60,044 bases of DNA, taken from IMG/VR virus record IMGVR_UViG_3300044675_001003, positions 1 to 60,044 of that record. One strand, written 5' to 3'. Of the stretch, positions 45,873 to 55,753 are shown in pieces. The stretch is from a virus. Taxonomy: Duplodnaviria; Caudoviricetes. Under the pieces are notes generated by a model that saw nothing but the letters and a program-made list of their open reading frames with translations, made no database searches and had not been told where the DNA came from. Made by a program: the position numbers and the translations under genes. The stretch's first letter is position 1. Each line of letters begins with the position of its first letter.

Positions 45873-46341
45873 CGTAGAGTCGTATCACAATACCGTTTCG
45901 GGCGTAGCCGTGCCGTATCGCACCCGCTTGAAGGGCGTTGTGCTCTCTCCTTCAACATCTACTACATTCAACATAGCTTTCGCCAATAATGTGGCCCAGT
46001 CTGGGACGTATGACATTCCCGGAACAACAACTTGTACGGTGACCATCGCAGGTCATGGGGTTGCTTTAGGTTCACGTGTGTGGCTACAGTTTGATGGCGG
46101 TGACGCCGTTAGCAATATATATGTGGTAACAGCAGTAACACAGAATACTTTTACGGTGACAACAGGGGCGTTAACCACCTCTGGTGACGTGGTTGTGTAT
46201 AACCAAATTTTAGTTGAGCTTGATTGTTCAACTGGCACTTCGTTCTATACGTTGATTCCGGGCGAAGGCATCTTGGCTTTAGATGGTATTTATGTTGGGT
46301 TGCCAACAAATACCGTAACCTCAACCATTTTTTATGGGTAA
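45856..46341 (+). CDS. Virion structural protein, paralogue 1 (E1-FCCH-like insert)
   Basis: MTMQYDV...TRLKG...TVTIAGHG...IPGEGI...TIFYG. Confidence 0.65.
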   Translation: MTMQYDVESYHNTVSGVAVPYRTRLKGVVLSPSTSTTFNIAFANNVAQSGTYDIPGTTTCTVTIAGHGVALGSRVWLQFDGGDAVSNIYVVTAVTQNTFTVTTGALTTSGDVVVYNQILVELDCSTGTSFYTLIPGEGILALDGIYVGLPTNTVTSTIFYG

Positions 46342-46351
46342 GGGGTAAGCC

Positions 46352-46834
46352 ATGACAATGCAGTATGACGTTAAAGCAATCCATCAAAGTGCTTCGGGCA
46401 CGGCGGTAAGTTACGCTACACGGTTAAAAGGCATTACTGTAACTTCTGGCACATCTTCAATACGTAATATGGCTGTTGCCGATCCTACAGTGAGCAAATC
46501 AGGCACATACAGCCAAACAACAACCACAATTACCGTGACCATTACTGGACATGGGCTGGTCAACGGTCAACGTGTTTTTTTGGATTTTACAACCGGCACA
46601 TCAAGAGATGCAGTATTTGCAGTAACGGTAACAAATGCAAACGTGTTTACTGTAACTTCTACAACCGCTAGTACATCCGGCAACGTGACTATGTACACAA
46701 CTTTGTTGTTGGAATTGGACACATTCAGCACGGTAGGCTTGCCAATCAAGATTCCCGGTGAAGGTATTTATTGCCCCAACGGTGTTTACGTTGGCCTTGG
46801 TAATTCTGTAACGGCGACAATTTATTATGGCTAA
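46352..46834 (+). CDS. Virion structural protein, paralogue 2
   Basis: MTMQYDV...TRLKG...TVTITGHG...IPGEGI...TIYYG. Confidence 0.65.
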   Translation: MTMQYDVKAIHQSASGTAVSYATRLKGITVTSGTSSIRNMAVADPTVSKSGTYSQTTTTITVTITGHGLVNGQRVFLDFTTGTSRDAVFAVTVTNANVFTVTSTTASTSGNVTMYTTLLLELDTFSTVGLPIKIPGEGIYCPNGVYVGLGNSVTATIYYG

Positions 46835-47072
46835 GAGCCCAGCATGGCAGAGGAAAGAGGGAAAGAGTCCAACTGGTGGCTTGAATGCCAAGGGACGCGC
46901 CTCCGCCAAAAAGCAAGGTATGAATTTGAAACCTCCCCAGCCGGAAGGCGGAGCTCGAAAAGACTCATTCTGTGCCCGGATGGAAGGCATGAAGAAGAAA
47001 AATACCAGCGAAAAGACGGCAAAAGATCCAGACTCACGCATAAATAAGGCATTGAGGAAATGGAAATGCTAG
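46827..47072 (+). CDS. DUF6321-like basic protein
   Basis: MAKSPAWQRKEGK...GGLNAKGRAS...SFCARM...KALRKWKC. Confidence 0.75.
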   Translation: MAKSPAWQRKEGKSPTGGLNAKGRASAKKQGMNLKPPQPEGGARKDSFCARMEGMKKKNTSEKTAKDPDSRINKALRKWKC

Positions 47073-47308
47073 ATCTGAGTGTTGTTTGGTCGGCGATATT
47101 AACACTGTTAATATCAATCTTAGGCTATGTGATGAATGAGAAGTTCCGTGAGCTGGCTCGTATTAGCATATTGCTCAACAAAACCCGTGAGGAGGTTGCC
47201 CGTGATAACGTTACTCAAGCAGAAATTGACCGCATTTCGAGTCACATTGACCAACGCTTTAACAAGCTTGAAGAAAAAATTGACCAGCTTATTCGGCAAG
47301 GGCGATAA
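47060..47308 (+). CDS. Small membrane + coiled-coil protein
   Basis: N-terminal TM, LLNKTREEVAR...LEEKID. Confidence 0.65.
   Translation: MEMLDLSVVWSAILTLLISILGYVMNEKFRELARISILLNKTREEVARDNVTQAEIDRISSHIDQRFNKLEEKIDQLIRQGR
47095..47115. promoter_or_regulatory. Palindrome GATATTAACACTGTTAATATC (copy 5)
   Basis: Perfect 21-bp inverted repeat within a CDS. Confidence 0.6.
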
Positions 47309-48015
47309 TGCCAAGCAAGAGTAAAGCTCAACACAATTTCATGGCGGCGGTGGCTCATAACCCAGCGTTTGCCAAGAAAGCAGGCGTCCCACAGTCTGTG
47401 GGTAAAGATTTTAATGAGGCCGACAAGGGCCGTAAATTTTCTAAAGGTGGTGACACTATGGCTGAAAATAAAAAACTTAGCGTTGGTAAATCTATTAAAG
47501 ATTACGAAGACATCATGGACGATGTAGCTCAAGTAGAAGCAGGTATTTATACAGACCCTAAAACTGGCAAACAAATGTCTAAAGTTAGAGGTCTTGGCCC
47601 TAGCATGGCTGCTCGGCGTCTTGAAAAAGATTCTGATAAAGGCCGTTTTGCTGCTCCCGGTCAAGGTGATGTTGGTCAATTTCTTAAAAAAGGTGGCAAT
47701 GTGAAAAAAATGAATATGGGTGGATACGCAGACGGCGGTATGCCAATGGTCATGAAAGATGGAAAAAAAGTTCCAGCTTTTGCGGCTGACGGTAAGGGCA
47801 AGATGGCTAAAGGCGGCATGGCTAAAGCAGACATGAAGCAAGACAAGTCAATGATGCAGAAGGCCGTGAACAAACACGAAGGCCGTTTGCACAAAGGCTC
47901 AACCATGACCAAGCTGGCTGGCGGTGGATTTACAAAGTCTGCTAATGGTATTGCCCAGCGCGGCTTGACCAAAGGCACTCAAGTTGTAATGAAGCGCGGC
48001 GGCGGAAAGTGTTAA
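47308..48015 (+). CDS. Lys/Gly/Met-rich protein with repeated xxKGG motifs
   Basis: MPSKSKAQHNFMAAVAHNP; FSKGG, LKKGG, MAKGG, MKRGG. Confidence 0.65.
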   Translation: MPSKSKAQHNFMAAVAHNPAFAKKAGVPQSVGKDFNEADKGRKFSKGGDTMAENKKLSVGKSIKDYEDIMDDVAQVEAGIYTDPKTGKQMSKVRGLGPSMAARRLEKDSDKGRFAAPGQGDVGQFLKKGGNVKKMNMGGYADGGMPMVMKDGKKVPAFAADGKGKMAKGGMAKADMKQDKSMMQKAVNKHEGRLHKGSTMTKLAGGGFTKSANGIAQRGLTKGTQVVMKRGGGKC

Positions 48016-48024
48016 GGAGCTGAT

Positions 48025-48333
48025 ATGCGTGAAGACCCATACGTATACGGCGGTTCTACCGACATGGAACTTGAGCTAGAAGACAGACTTCGAGAAAAAG
48101 CCGGTGCTGGCCGTGGCGGTCAAGGCGGCCCTACAGCTAAAGAACTGGCTGACTATGAGCGCAAAATGAATCGTGGCATTTTTACTGAAGGTATGAAGCC
48201 ACCTCAAGATGTTGATGGTGGTTCAGCTGCTCCTAAAAAGAAAGTTGTTAAGAAAGCCAGTGGCGGTATGACGGCTTCAAAACGTGGTGATGGTATTGCA
48301 CAGCGCGGTAAAACGCGCGGAAAGATGTGTTAA
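48025..48333 (+). CDS. Small basic protein
   Basis: KKASGG...ASKRGDGIAQRGKTRGKM. Confidence 0.6.
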   Translation: MREDPYVYGGSTDMELELEDRLREKAGAGRGGQGGPTAKELADYERKMNRGIFTEGMKPPQDVDGGSAAPKKKVVKKASGGMTASKRGDGIAQRGKTRGKMC

Positions 48334-48336
48334 ATC

Positions 48337-48588
48337 ATGATGGCTAGTCGCGGTATGGGCGCTATGCGCGCCAGCAAAATGCCCAAAGGTGTACGCAAAG
48401 AGCGTAGGGATGACACCGACTTTACTGAATACGCTAAAGGCGGTGCAGTTTGGGAAAAGCCACGGCCCAAAGATCTTGGCGCTCCTAAGAAGTTGAGCCC
48501 AGCCAAGAAAGCCAAGGCAAAGGCGGCAGCTAAAGCAGCTGGCCGTCCTTACCCTAACTTAGTTGACAACATGAGGGCTGCAAAATGA
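48337..48588 (+). CDS. Small basic protein
   Basis: MMASRGMG...YAKGG...GRPYPNLVDNM. Confidence 0.6.
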   Translation: MMASRGMGAMRASKMPKGVRKERRDDTDFTEYAKGGAVWEKPRPKDLGAPKKLSPAKKAKAKAAAKAAGRPYPNLVDNMRAAK

Positions 48589-48719
48589 TTACTATGGAAG
48601 CAATTCACATGACTGATTGTGCCATTCGTGAAGATGGCCCATGCACTTGTGGTACCGAAGAAGTGCTTGAAGAGTTAGCTTTAGAAGAAGCTAATTTGGA
48701 AGAAGAACATGGCTACTAA
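48585..48719 (+). CDS. Tiny acidic HxxxC...CxC protein (44 aa)
   Basis: HMTDCAIREDGPCTCG; overlaps both neighbours. Confidence 0.45.
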   Translation: MITMEAIHMTDCAIREDGPCTCGTEEVLEELALEEANLEEEHGY

Positions 48720-48885
48720 AAACTGGATTGCTGGTGCAATTAAGAAGCCTGGAGCTTTGCGTTCTGCTTTGGGTGCCAAGAAAGGCGAGCCCATTCCCGC
48801 AAAGAAACTTGCTGCAGCCGCAAAGAAACCCGGCAAGATGGGCCAGCGCGCTCGTCTGGCTCAAACCCTTAAGGGCATGAAATGA
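48709..48885 (+). CDS. Small basic protein (58 aa)
   Basis: KNWIAGAIKKPGALR..LG.KKGEPIP...RARLAQTL. Confidence 0.65.
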   Translation: MATKNWIAGAIKKPGALRSALGAKKGEPIPAKKLAAAAKKPGKMGQRARLAQTLKGMK

Positions 48886-49811
48886 CAACTACAGGAACCA
48901 CAGCCTTTAACATGGAGTTCACCGAGCTCGCTGAAGAGGCGTGGGAGAGAGCTGGCCGTGAGATGCGTACTGGTTATGACCTACGCACAGCGCGCCGTTC
49001 TCTCAACCTGATGACGATTGAGTGGGCTAATCGCGGCATCAATATGTGGACGATTGAGACAGGGACAATTACTCTGACTCCGGGACTGGCCACATACGCT
49101 CTGCCTTTAGATACGATTGACTTGCTGGATCATGTGATCAGAACGCAGGCCAACAACTCATCAACTCAGGCAGACTTGAGTATTACCCGCATCAGCGTTT
49201 CAACTTATGCAACGATCCCTAACAAGCTGGTTCAAGGCAGGCCGATCCAAGTCTGGATTCAGCGTCTTTCTGGTGAAACTAATCCCACTGACATTGTACT
49301 TAGTGGCAACATCACATCGACCGACACATCAATCACGCTTAGTTCGGTGGTTGGACTAGCTGGTTCTGGGTTTATTCGCCTTGGCACTGAAGACATTTAC
49401 TACACCTATATCAGTGGTAATGTGCTGGGCGGTGTATTCCGTGGCCAGAACAATACGACAGCTGCAGCACAGACAGATGGAACTGCGGTGTTTGTGCCCC
49501 AGTTGCCCGCTGTAACAGTGTGGCCTACTCCTGATAACTCACAGCAGTATCAGTTTGTGTACTACAGAATGCGCCGCATCCAAGACGCTGGCGCTGGTAT
49601 ACAGACATCCGATATGAATTTCCGCTTCTTACCATGCGTAGTGGCCGGATTAGCCTACTACATAGCCATGAAGGTGCCTGAGTTACAAGGCCGTCTGGAT
49701 ATGCTTAAACGGGTCTATGACGAACAATATGCTCTAGCGGCTCAAGAGGATCGCGAGAAGGCTACATTGAGGTTGGTGCCTCGTATAGCGTTCATTGGTG
49801 GTGGTACTTAA
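48882..49811 (+). CDS. Head-tail adaptor / tail tubular protein
   Basis: AEEAWERAG...ARRSLNLM..EWANRG...VWPTPD...RFLPC..AGLAYY. Confidence 0.65.
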   Translation: MTTTGTTAFNMEFTELAEEAWERAGREMRTGYDLRTARRSLNLMTIEWANRGINMWTIETGTITLTPGLATYALPLDTIDLLDHVIRTQANNSSTQADLSITRISVSTYATIPNKLVQGRPIQVWIQRLSGETNPTDIVLSGNITSTDTSITLSSVVGLAGSGFIRLGTEDIYYTYISGNVLGGVFRGQNNTTAAAQTDGTAVFVPQLPAVTVWPTPDNSQQYQFVYYRMRRIQDAGAGIQTSDMNFRFLPCVVAGLAYYIAMKVPELQGRLDMLKRVYDEQYALAAQEDREKATLRLVPRIAFIGGGT

Positions 49812-50194
49812 TGGCAACACCGTTTGCATCCGGTAAATATGCTATTGCCGAATGTGATCGGTGTGGGCAGCGCTACAAGTTAAAGCAGTTAAAGATGGAG
49901 GTCATCAAGACCAAGCTTTATCAGCTCAAGGTTTGTGATGCTTGCTGGGATCCAGATCAGCCGCAGTTGCAGTTGGGTATGTATCCTGTTTATGATCCAC
50001 AGGCTTTGTATCAGCCACGGCCAGACATAACGTATGTGACGGCTGGCTTAAATGCAAGTGGCAATTTAACAGGTGGTTCTCGGGATATTCAATGGGGCTG
50101 GGCACCGGTAGGTGGGGCAAGTAGTTTTGATGCAAGTCTGACACCAAACTACTTGGTGGCAACGGCATTTGTTGGTACAGTAACGGTAAATTAA
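49811..50194 (+). CDS. Conserved Zn-binding tail-module protein
   Basis: FASGKYAIAECDRCG...VCDACWD..QPQL. Confidence 0.65.
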   Translation: MATPFASGKYAIAECDRCGQRYKLKQLKMEVIKTKLYQLKVCDACWDPDQPQLQLGMYPVYDPQALYQPRPDITYVTAGLNASGNLTGGSRDIQWGWAPVGGASSFDASLTPNYLVATAFVGTVTVN

Positions 50195-50204
50195 GGAGCT
50201 AAAC

Positions 50205-50393
50205 ATGGCATATACAAAATCAGCAGACGGCATTGCTAAAAAAGGTAAGACTGATGTTCACATCTTTCCTAACAGTGGCCCTTCTGCCAAAGAAACAAAG
50301 GGCGGAACAGGTAAGGGTAAGGGTAAAACCAACTCTGACATGAAGACTATGGGTCGTAATTTGGCAAAGATTGCCGCACAGAAGCGAGGCTAA
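50205..50393 (+). CDS. Small basic protein
   Basis: AAGGAG RBS; ADGIAKKGKT...GRNLAK. Confidence 0.55.
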   Translation: MAYTKSADGIAKKGKTDVHIFPNSGPSAKETKGGTGKGKGKTNSDMKTMGRNLAKIAAQKRG

Positions 50394-50394
50394 C

Positions 50395-50658
50395 ATGGCT
50401 AAATACAGCAAAATGATGATGGGTAAAGAAGTTGGCGATGCCAAAGTCTATGCTCCTCCGCACACGATGAAGGGCGAGAAAGTCGCTCCTAAAGAGAATC
50501 CTGGCTCTGGTAAAAACTTGAGCCGTGCTGACACTGTGGAAATGACTGTTGGTAATATCAATAAGTCTAATGGTGGCGAGCCTAAGACGTCCGGCATCAA
50601 GATGCGCGGTACTGGTGCGGCTACTAAAGGCTTGATGAGCAGAGGCCCGATGGCATGA
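50395..50658 (+). CDS. Small basic protein
   Basis: KTSGIKMRGTGAATKG...RGPMA. Confidence 0.6.
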   Translation: MAKYSKMMMGKEVGDAKVYAPPHTMKGEKVAPKENPGSGKNLSRADTVEMTVGNINKSNGGEPKTSGIKMRGTGAATKGLMSRGPMA

Positions 50659-51494
50659 ATTACGCCGACCTTGTCACGCAGGTAAGCGATTACTGCGAGA
50701 ACTCTTTCCCAACTGACAATATGAATACGTTCATTCGTCAGGCGGAGCAGCGCATCTATAACACCGCGCAGCCTGCTAACTTGCGAAAGAACGTGACGGG
50801 CGCATTAACCACTGGCAATAAGTACCTTCAGTGTCCATTAGACTTTTTGTCTGTATACAGCCTTGCCGTATACCCGTACAACACTACGACAGCTACAGGA
50901 ACGTCTGGTCAAAAGACGATTGTGGTAACTAGTACGACAGGTATTGAAGCAGGTCAACAAGTGACTGGTACAGGTATTGGTACAAATGCACAAGTTAGAA
51001 GTATTGCGGGCACTACGGTCACATTAACAGTGGCTAATAGCGGCACCGTGTCTGGTGCTGTGGTGTTCCAAGGTGATTACCTGTACTTACTTAACAAAGA
51101 CGTTAACTTCATTCGTGAGGCCTATCCTCTGTCAGCACAATTAAGTGAGCCGCGCCACTATGCAATCTTTGGCCCCCGATCAGACGATGTAAACGAGTTG
51201 ACGTTCATTGTTGGCCCTACTCCAAGTGCCGCATACATTGCAGAACTTCACTACAACTACTACCCCGAGTCAATTGTTACCGCCGGCACCACTTGGCTGG
51301 GTGATAACTTTGATTCTGTATTGTTGTATGGAACTATCTGTGAGGCTTACACCTACATGAAGGGTGAGGCCGATATGGTTCAGCTTGCTCAAAGCCGTTA
51401 TGTACAGGCTATTGCTCTGTATAAGAACTTGGCAGACGGCAAACAACGTGCTGATGCGTACAGGGATGGACAAGTTCGGACGGCAGTCTCATGA
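50655..51494 (+). CDS. Tail tubular/adaptor protein (gp4/gp11-like)
   Basis: MNYADL...FIRQAEQRI...GPTP...TWLGDN...LLYG...EAY.YMKG. Confidence 0.65.
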   Translation: MNYADLVTQVSDYCENSFPTDNMNTFIRQAEQRIYNTAQPANLRKNVTGALTTGNKYLQCPLDFLSVYSLAVYPYNTTTATGTSGQKTIVVTSTTGIEAGQQVTGTGIGTNAQVRSIAGTTVTLTVANSGTVSGAVVFQGDYLYLLNKDVNFIREAYPLSAQLSEPRHYAIFGPRSDDVNELTFIVGPTPSAAYIAELHYNYYPESIVTAGTTWLGDNFDSVLLYGTICEAYTYMKGEADMVQLAQSRYVQAIALYKNLADGKQRADAYRDGQVRTAVS

Positions 51495-51907
51495 GTATTA
51501 TTCAAACACAGACCACCAGCTTCAAGGCGGAGCTGTACCAAGGTATTCACGACCTTACTACAGACGTTATCAAAATTGCTTTGTACACGGCCAGCGCCGA
51601 TTTAAACGAAGCAACCACGATCTACTCGTCTACCAATGAAGTAGTGGCATCTGGTTACACAGCTGGTGGGTCTATCTTGACGCCGATTACAGTAGCATCT
51701 TCTGGGTATACGGCCTATGTTGGGTTTCCTAACGTATCTTGGAATGCCGCATTAACAGCAAGATGTGCTTTGATCTATAACGTCACACAGGGTAACAAGT
51801 CTGTGGCCGTGCTTGATTTTGGATCTGACAAGACATCAACAACCACGTTCACTATCACAATGCCAGTAAATGGCCCAACCACTTCGTTAATTAGGAGTTC
51901 AAATTGA
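51491..51907 (+). CDS. Tail-associated structural protein
   Basis: TSFKAEL..G.HD....KIALYT...NEV...GYTAGG...VLDFGSDK. Confidence 0.6.
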   Translation: MSIIQTQTTSFKAELYQGIHDLTTDVIKIALYTASADLNEATTIYSSTNEVVASGYTAGGSILTPITVASSGYTAYVGFPNVSWNAALTARCALIYNVTQGNKSVAVLDFGSDKTSTTTFTITMPVNGPTTSLIRSSN

Positions 51908-52095
51908 TTGTTACTACAACCAAAGGCGACATGGACGAATCATTGCTTGAAAAGCGTGAAGGTTCATTGGATAATGACAACGAAACAACCACATGGGTGG
52001 AGTATTGGTTGGACGGCGAATTAGTACATCGTTCTGCTCATGTGGCTTTGAAAAAATCCATGTTAGCGGGTCTTGAAGCAGCATCACTAGGATAA
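51904..52095 (+). CDS. Small conserved protein
   Basis: TTKGDMDESLLEK...WVEYWLDGELVHRSAHV. Confidence 0.6.
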   Translation: MIVTTTKGDMDESLLEKREGSLDNDNETTTWVEYWLDGELVHRSAHVALKKSMLAGLEAASLG

Positions 52096-52098
52096 ATC

Positions 52099-52599
52099 AT
52101 GGCGAATACTCAAAGTATGTGCACCTCTTTCATGGGGCAGTTATTGAATGGCGGTCACCAATTTGGCACTATTACGTTGACCAGCAGGGGTAGTTTGACT
52201 GCCCCAACTGTAGACACGTTTAAGGCGGCTTTGTATTTGGTGGGTGCCACTGTTAACGCATCAACCACTGCTTACAGTGCGAGCAATGAAGTGTCGTCAG
52301 CCAACTATTCGGCTGGTGGTGTGGTAATTACCAACGCCAATGTGCCTGTAGCTACAAACGCTTCAGCTACCGCAGGGGTGGCTTATTGGACTCCTTCGGC
52401 AAGTATTGTCTACGGGGCCACGGCAACACCTGTAACCTTTGCTGCTTTTGATGCGGTGTTGATTTATAACTCCACACAGGGCGACACAGCGGTTAGCGTT
52501 CACACATTCAGCAGCCAGACCATTACGTCTGGGGTGTTTACGTTGACGATGCCGACAAGTTCAACGACAACTGCGTTATTGCGTTTGTCTACAACTTGA
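52099..52599 (+). CDS. Tail-associated structural protein (paralogue of 51491)
   Basis: CTSFM..LL.G.H....FKAALY...NEVS...YSAGG...LIYN. Confidence 0.6.
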   Translation: MANTQSMCTSFMGQLLNGGHQFGTITLTSRGSLTAPTVDTFKAALYLVGATVNASTTAYSASNEVSSANYSAGGVVITNANVPVATNASATAGVAYWTPSASIVYGATATPVTFAAFDAVLIYNSTQGDTAVSVHTFSSQTITSGVFTLTMPTSSTTTALLRLSTT

Positions 52600-52603
52600 T
52601 GTC

Positions 52604-53323
52604 ATGTCTCTTGGATGGGGCGATGGTACATGGGGTAGTAGTGTCTGGGGCGGCGGTGAACTTGCCATCACGGGCGTTGAAGCAACGGGCGCAGTTGGGT
52701 TAGTAAAGGTAAGTGTTGAGGTAGCTCTCTCAGGTGTAACGGCATCTGGGTTGGTTGGGACGGTTGTAGCAAGCACTGAGACAGCTATCACAGGCGTAGC
52801 GGCAACGGGAGCCGTAGGGTCAGTAGGTATTGAAAAAGCAATAGCCCTGACAGGTGTTCAAGCAACCGGCGAGGTCGGAACGGTAGTAAGTAGTACAGCG
52901 ATAGCTCTGACGGGTGTATCGGCAACGGGTGATGTAGGAACGGTCGTACCATCGTACATTATTGTTGAGAATGGGACTTTTGCCAGCGGGTTTGTTGGGA
53001 CGGTGGTTCCAGCGTTCTCCGTAGCTTTGACAGGTGTGGTATCGGCGGGTGCGGTTGGAACACTGGGTGTTTTGCATTCTCCGGCTTTAACGGGTGTAGC
53101 TGCAACAGGCGCAGTTGGGTCGGTAGGAATTAACAAGTCAATAGCCTTAACGGGCGTATCGGCAACTGGAGCGGTTAACGCATTTTCACAGGCGTTTGGG
53201 TGGAGTGTTATAGATGACACGCAGACCGCAAACTGGCAGAATATTGGTAACACGCAGACTGCAAGCTGGCAGAATATTGGTAACACACAGACAGCGGCAT
53301 GGGCTGATGTTTCAACGAATTAG
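52604..53323 (+). CDS. Repeat-rich fibre protein (~20-aa ALTGVxATGxVGxV repeats)
   Basis: N-terminal GWG...WG...WG; about 9 repeats; C-terminal 11-aa TQTAxWQNIGN repeats. Confidence 0.65.
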   Translation: MSLGWGDGTWGSSVWGGGELAITGVEATGAVGLVKVSVEVALSGVTASGLVGTVVASTETAITGVAATGAVGSVGIEKAIALTGVQATGEVGTVVSSTAIALTGVSATGDVGTVVPSYIIVENGTFASGFVGTVVPAFSVALTGVVSAGAVGTLGVLHSPALTGVAATGAVGSVGINKSIALTGVSATGAVNAFSQAFGWSVIDDTQTANWQNIGNTQTASWQNIGNTQTAAWADVSTN

Positions 53324-53332
53324 GAGTTTTAA

Positions 53333-55738
53333 ATGACTACAGGCGCAACGGGACAATTAGGTTTAGCTCTACCAGTACAGGGTGAACTCTCCGGCACATG
53401 GGGCGATACCGTTAACAATGGTCTAACGCAGTACATCAATATTGCTATTGCAGGCACTTTGACCTTAACAGGTGATGGCGCGGTAACTCTGGCGAACACC
53501 ACTGGTGACGCTTCAGCTTCTAATGTCACATCCACCCTTACGGGCGCGGGTACAGTTACAGCCCAGTTTGCTATTGTTCGGGTCACAGGTACGCTAACAA
53601 CTGCCAAGGTAGTCACTGGCCCTAGCTACAGCAAGACATACACAGTGGTGAACGCTGCCACGGGCGGTATTGTTACGTTTAAAGCATCAGGCCAGACTGG
53701 TGTATCTGTTGCTGTAGGCGAGACAGCGTTTGTTTACTTCAACGGCACTGACTATGTGAAGGTTGTTGGTACGGCTACGGCTGGCGCGGCTGGTGGTTCT
53801 AACACTCAGGTGCAGTTCAACAGTTCTGGCGTATTGGCTGGTTCTTCTGCGTTTACTTTTGTTGGTGGCACTACTGTAACGATGGCTAATGATGCCTCTA
53901 TCAGCGGTCTGACTGTTGGTAAAGGTGCAGGTGCTGTATCTACTAACACGGCATTGGGTGCTAGTGCTATGACAGGCTCTGGTGGTGAGAACACAGGTAT
54001 TGGTAGTTCAGCACTGGGTTCAAACACAACTGGCGTACAAAATGTGGCAGTAGGTAGATTGGCTTTACAACAATCTACAACAACTCAAGATAGTGTTGCT
54101 GTTGGTTATGCGGCATTGCAGACTTCAAGCACAGGAGGCTACAACACGGCAGTAGGTTCATTAGCCCTAAATGCCAACACCACCGCTAATTTTAATAACG
54201 CACTTGGTTATAACGCATTAACAGGAAACACAACTGGGGCAAGCAATAACGCTTTTGGTGCGGCGGCATTAGGGGCAAATAGCACAGGCTCTAATAATGC
54301 CGCTTTTGGTCATCAGGCTCTTAACCAAAACACCACAGCATCTAACAACGTTGCTATTGGTCATCAGGCGGCTTACAGCAATACAACTGGGACAATGGTA
54401 GCAATGGGTTACCGTGCGCTTTACTCAAACAGCACAGGAGGTAACAACACTGCTGTAGGTTATGAGGCGATGTATGGTAATGGTACTGGAGGAAACAACA
54501 CTGCCTATGGTTTTAACGCCCTGTATACCAATGGAACAGGCGGTAACAATACAGCTATTGGGTTGCAAGCATTAGTATCAAACAGCACAGGCAATAACAA
54601 TACCGCTTTAGGTGCTTCCGCACTCAACAACAATACCGCTAGTAATAATATTGCAGTTGGCTACCAAGCTGGATATACCAATTCAAGTGGTCAATACATG
54701 ACCGCAGTCGGTTATCAAGCGGCACACTTAAACACTACTGGTGAAGTTGCCGCAGTCGGTTATCAAGCGGCATTTAGCAATACTACGGGTACGGCAAATA
54801 CTGCTTTTGGGCGCTACCGTCCTTTGTACGCTAACACTACTGGAAATAATAATACTGCTATTGGCGATCAAGCACTTCTCAGCAATACCACAGCATCTGA
54901 CAACACTGCGGTTGGATATAGCGCACTTTCCTCCAACACTACAGGTGCAAACAATGTCGCTGTTGGTGCTATTGCATTAGCTAACAACACCACAGCATCT
55001 GCCAACACTGCTGTAGGTTATCAGGCGTCATACAGCAATACGACTGGACAAATAACTGCAATTGGATATCAGGCCGGTTATTCCAACACAACGGGCATTC
55101 AAAGTACTTTTGTTGGCTATCAGGCTGGCTTAAACACAACTGGTACTGCAAACACGTTTATTGGTGCGGGTACTAATTCAGCCGCAGGTTACTCTGTTAC
55201 CACAGGTACAAAAAACACCATCCTTGGTGGTTATTCTGGAAACCAAACATTACCTTACACAGGAAATACTTTAGACATAAGAACATCTAGTTCCAACATT
55301 GTACTTAGCGATGGTGATGGAAATGCTTGGTTTTATATCAACTCAACTGGTGTAACGAGAGCCGAAGGGGTTACATCAAATACGACTGCTAATGCGGCAA
55401 ATGTCCAATGTGATGCTAGTGGTGCATTAAGAACATCAACATCCGCACTTAAATACAAAACAAATATTCGGGATATTGCATCAATAGACATTAATAAATT
55501 TAGACCCGTTATTTACAACTCTCTTTGTGAAGATGATGACAAAACGAAAGACCATTTTGGTTTTATTGCTGATGAAGTAGACCAACAAGGAATTAAACAA
55601 TTAGTCAGCTACAACGCACAGGGCGAGGTTAATGGTTTCCAATATGAACGTATGACTGTTGTTTTAACTAAAGCCCTGCAAGAACAACAAGCAATTATTG
55701 AATCACTCAAGGCACGTTTGGATGCCGCTAATCTTTAA
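53333..55738 (+). CDS. Tail fibre with beta-roll repeats and C-terminal intramolecular chaperone (peptidase S74-like)
   Basis: GELSGTWG..VN N-terminus; many NTTG..NTA.G..AL repeats; SALKYKTNI...GFIADEV...YERM. Confidence 0.85.
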   Translation: MTTGATGQLGLALPVQGELSGTWGDTVNNGLTQYINIAIAGTLTLTGDGAVTLANTTGDASASNVTSTLTGAGTVTAQFAIVRVTGTLTTAKVVTGPSYSKTYTVVNAATGGIVTFKASGQTGVSVAVGETAFVYFNGTDYVKVVGTATAGAAGGSNTQVQFNSSGVLAGSSAFTFVGGTTVTMANDASISGLTVGKGAGAVSTNTALGASAMTGSGGENTGIGSSALGSNTTGVQNVAVGRLALQQSTTTQDSVAVGYAALQTSSTGGYNTAVGSLALNANTTANFNNALGYNALTGNTTGASNNAFGAAALGANSTGSNNAAFGHQALNQNTTASNNVAIGHQAAYSNTTGTMVAMGYRALYSNSTGGNNTAVGYEAMYGNGTGGNNTAYGFNALYTNGTGGNNTAIGLQALVSNSTGNNNTALGASALNNNTASNNIAVGYQAGYTNSSGQYMTAVGYQAAHLNTTGEVAAVGYQAAFSNTTGTANTAFGRYRPLYANTTGNNNTAIGDQALLSNTTASDNTAVGYSALSSNTTGANNVAVGAIALANNTTASANTAVGYQASYSNTTGQITAIGYQAGYSNTTGIQSTFVGYQAGLNTTGTANTFIGAGTNSAAGYSVTTGTKNTILGGYSGNQTLPYTGNTLDIRTSSSNIVLSDGDGNAWFYINSTGVTRAEGVTSNTTANAANVQCDASGALRTSTSALKYKTNIRDIASIDINKFRPVIYNSLCEDDDKTKDHFGFIADEVDQQGIKQLVSYNAQGEVNGFQYERMTVVLTKALQEQQAIIESLKARLDAANL

Positions 55739-55753
55739 ACTGAAAGGTAAATC

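Noticed and set aside
53217-53302. 33-bp tandem repeat as a non-coding element
   Set aside because: It is in frame and encodes TQTAxWQNIGN repeats of the fibre protein.
53333-55738. Diversity-generating retroelement acting on the tail fibre
   Set aside because: No reverse transcriptase and no adenine-specific TR/VR pair; the repeats are ordinary beta-roll coding repeats.
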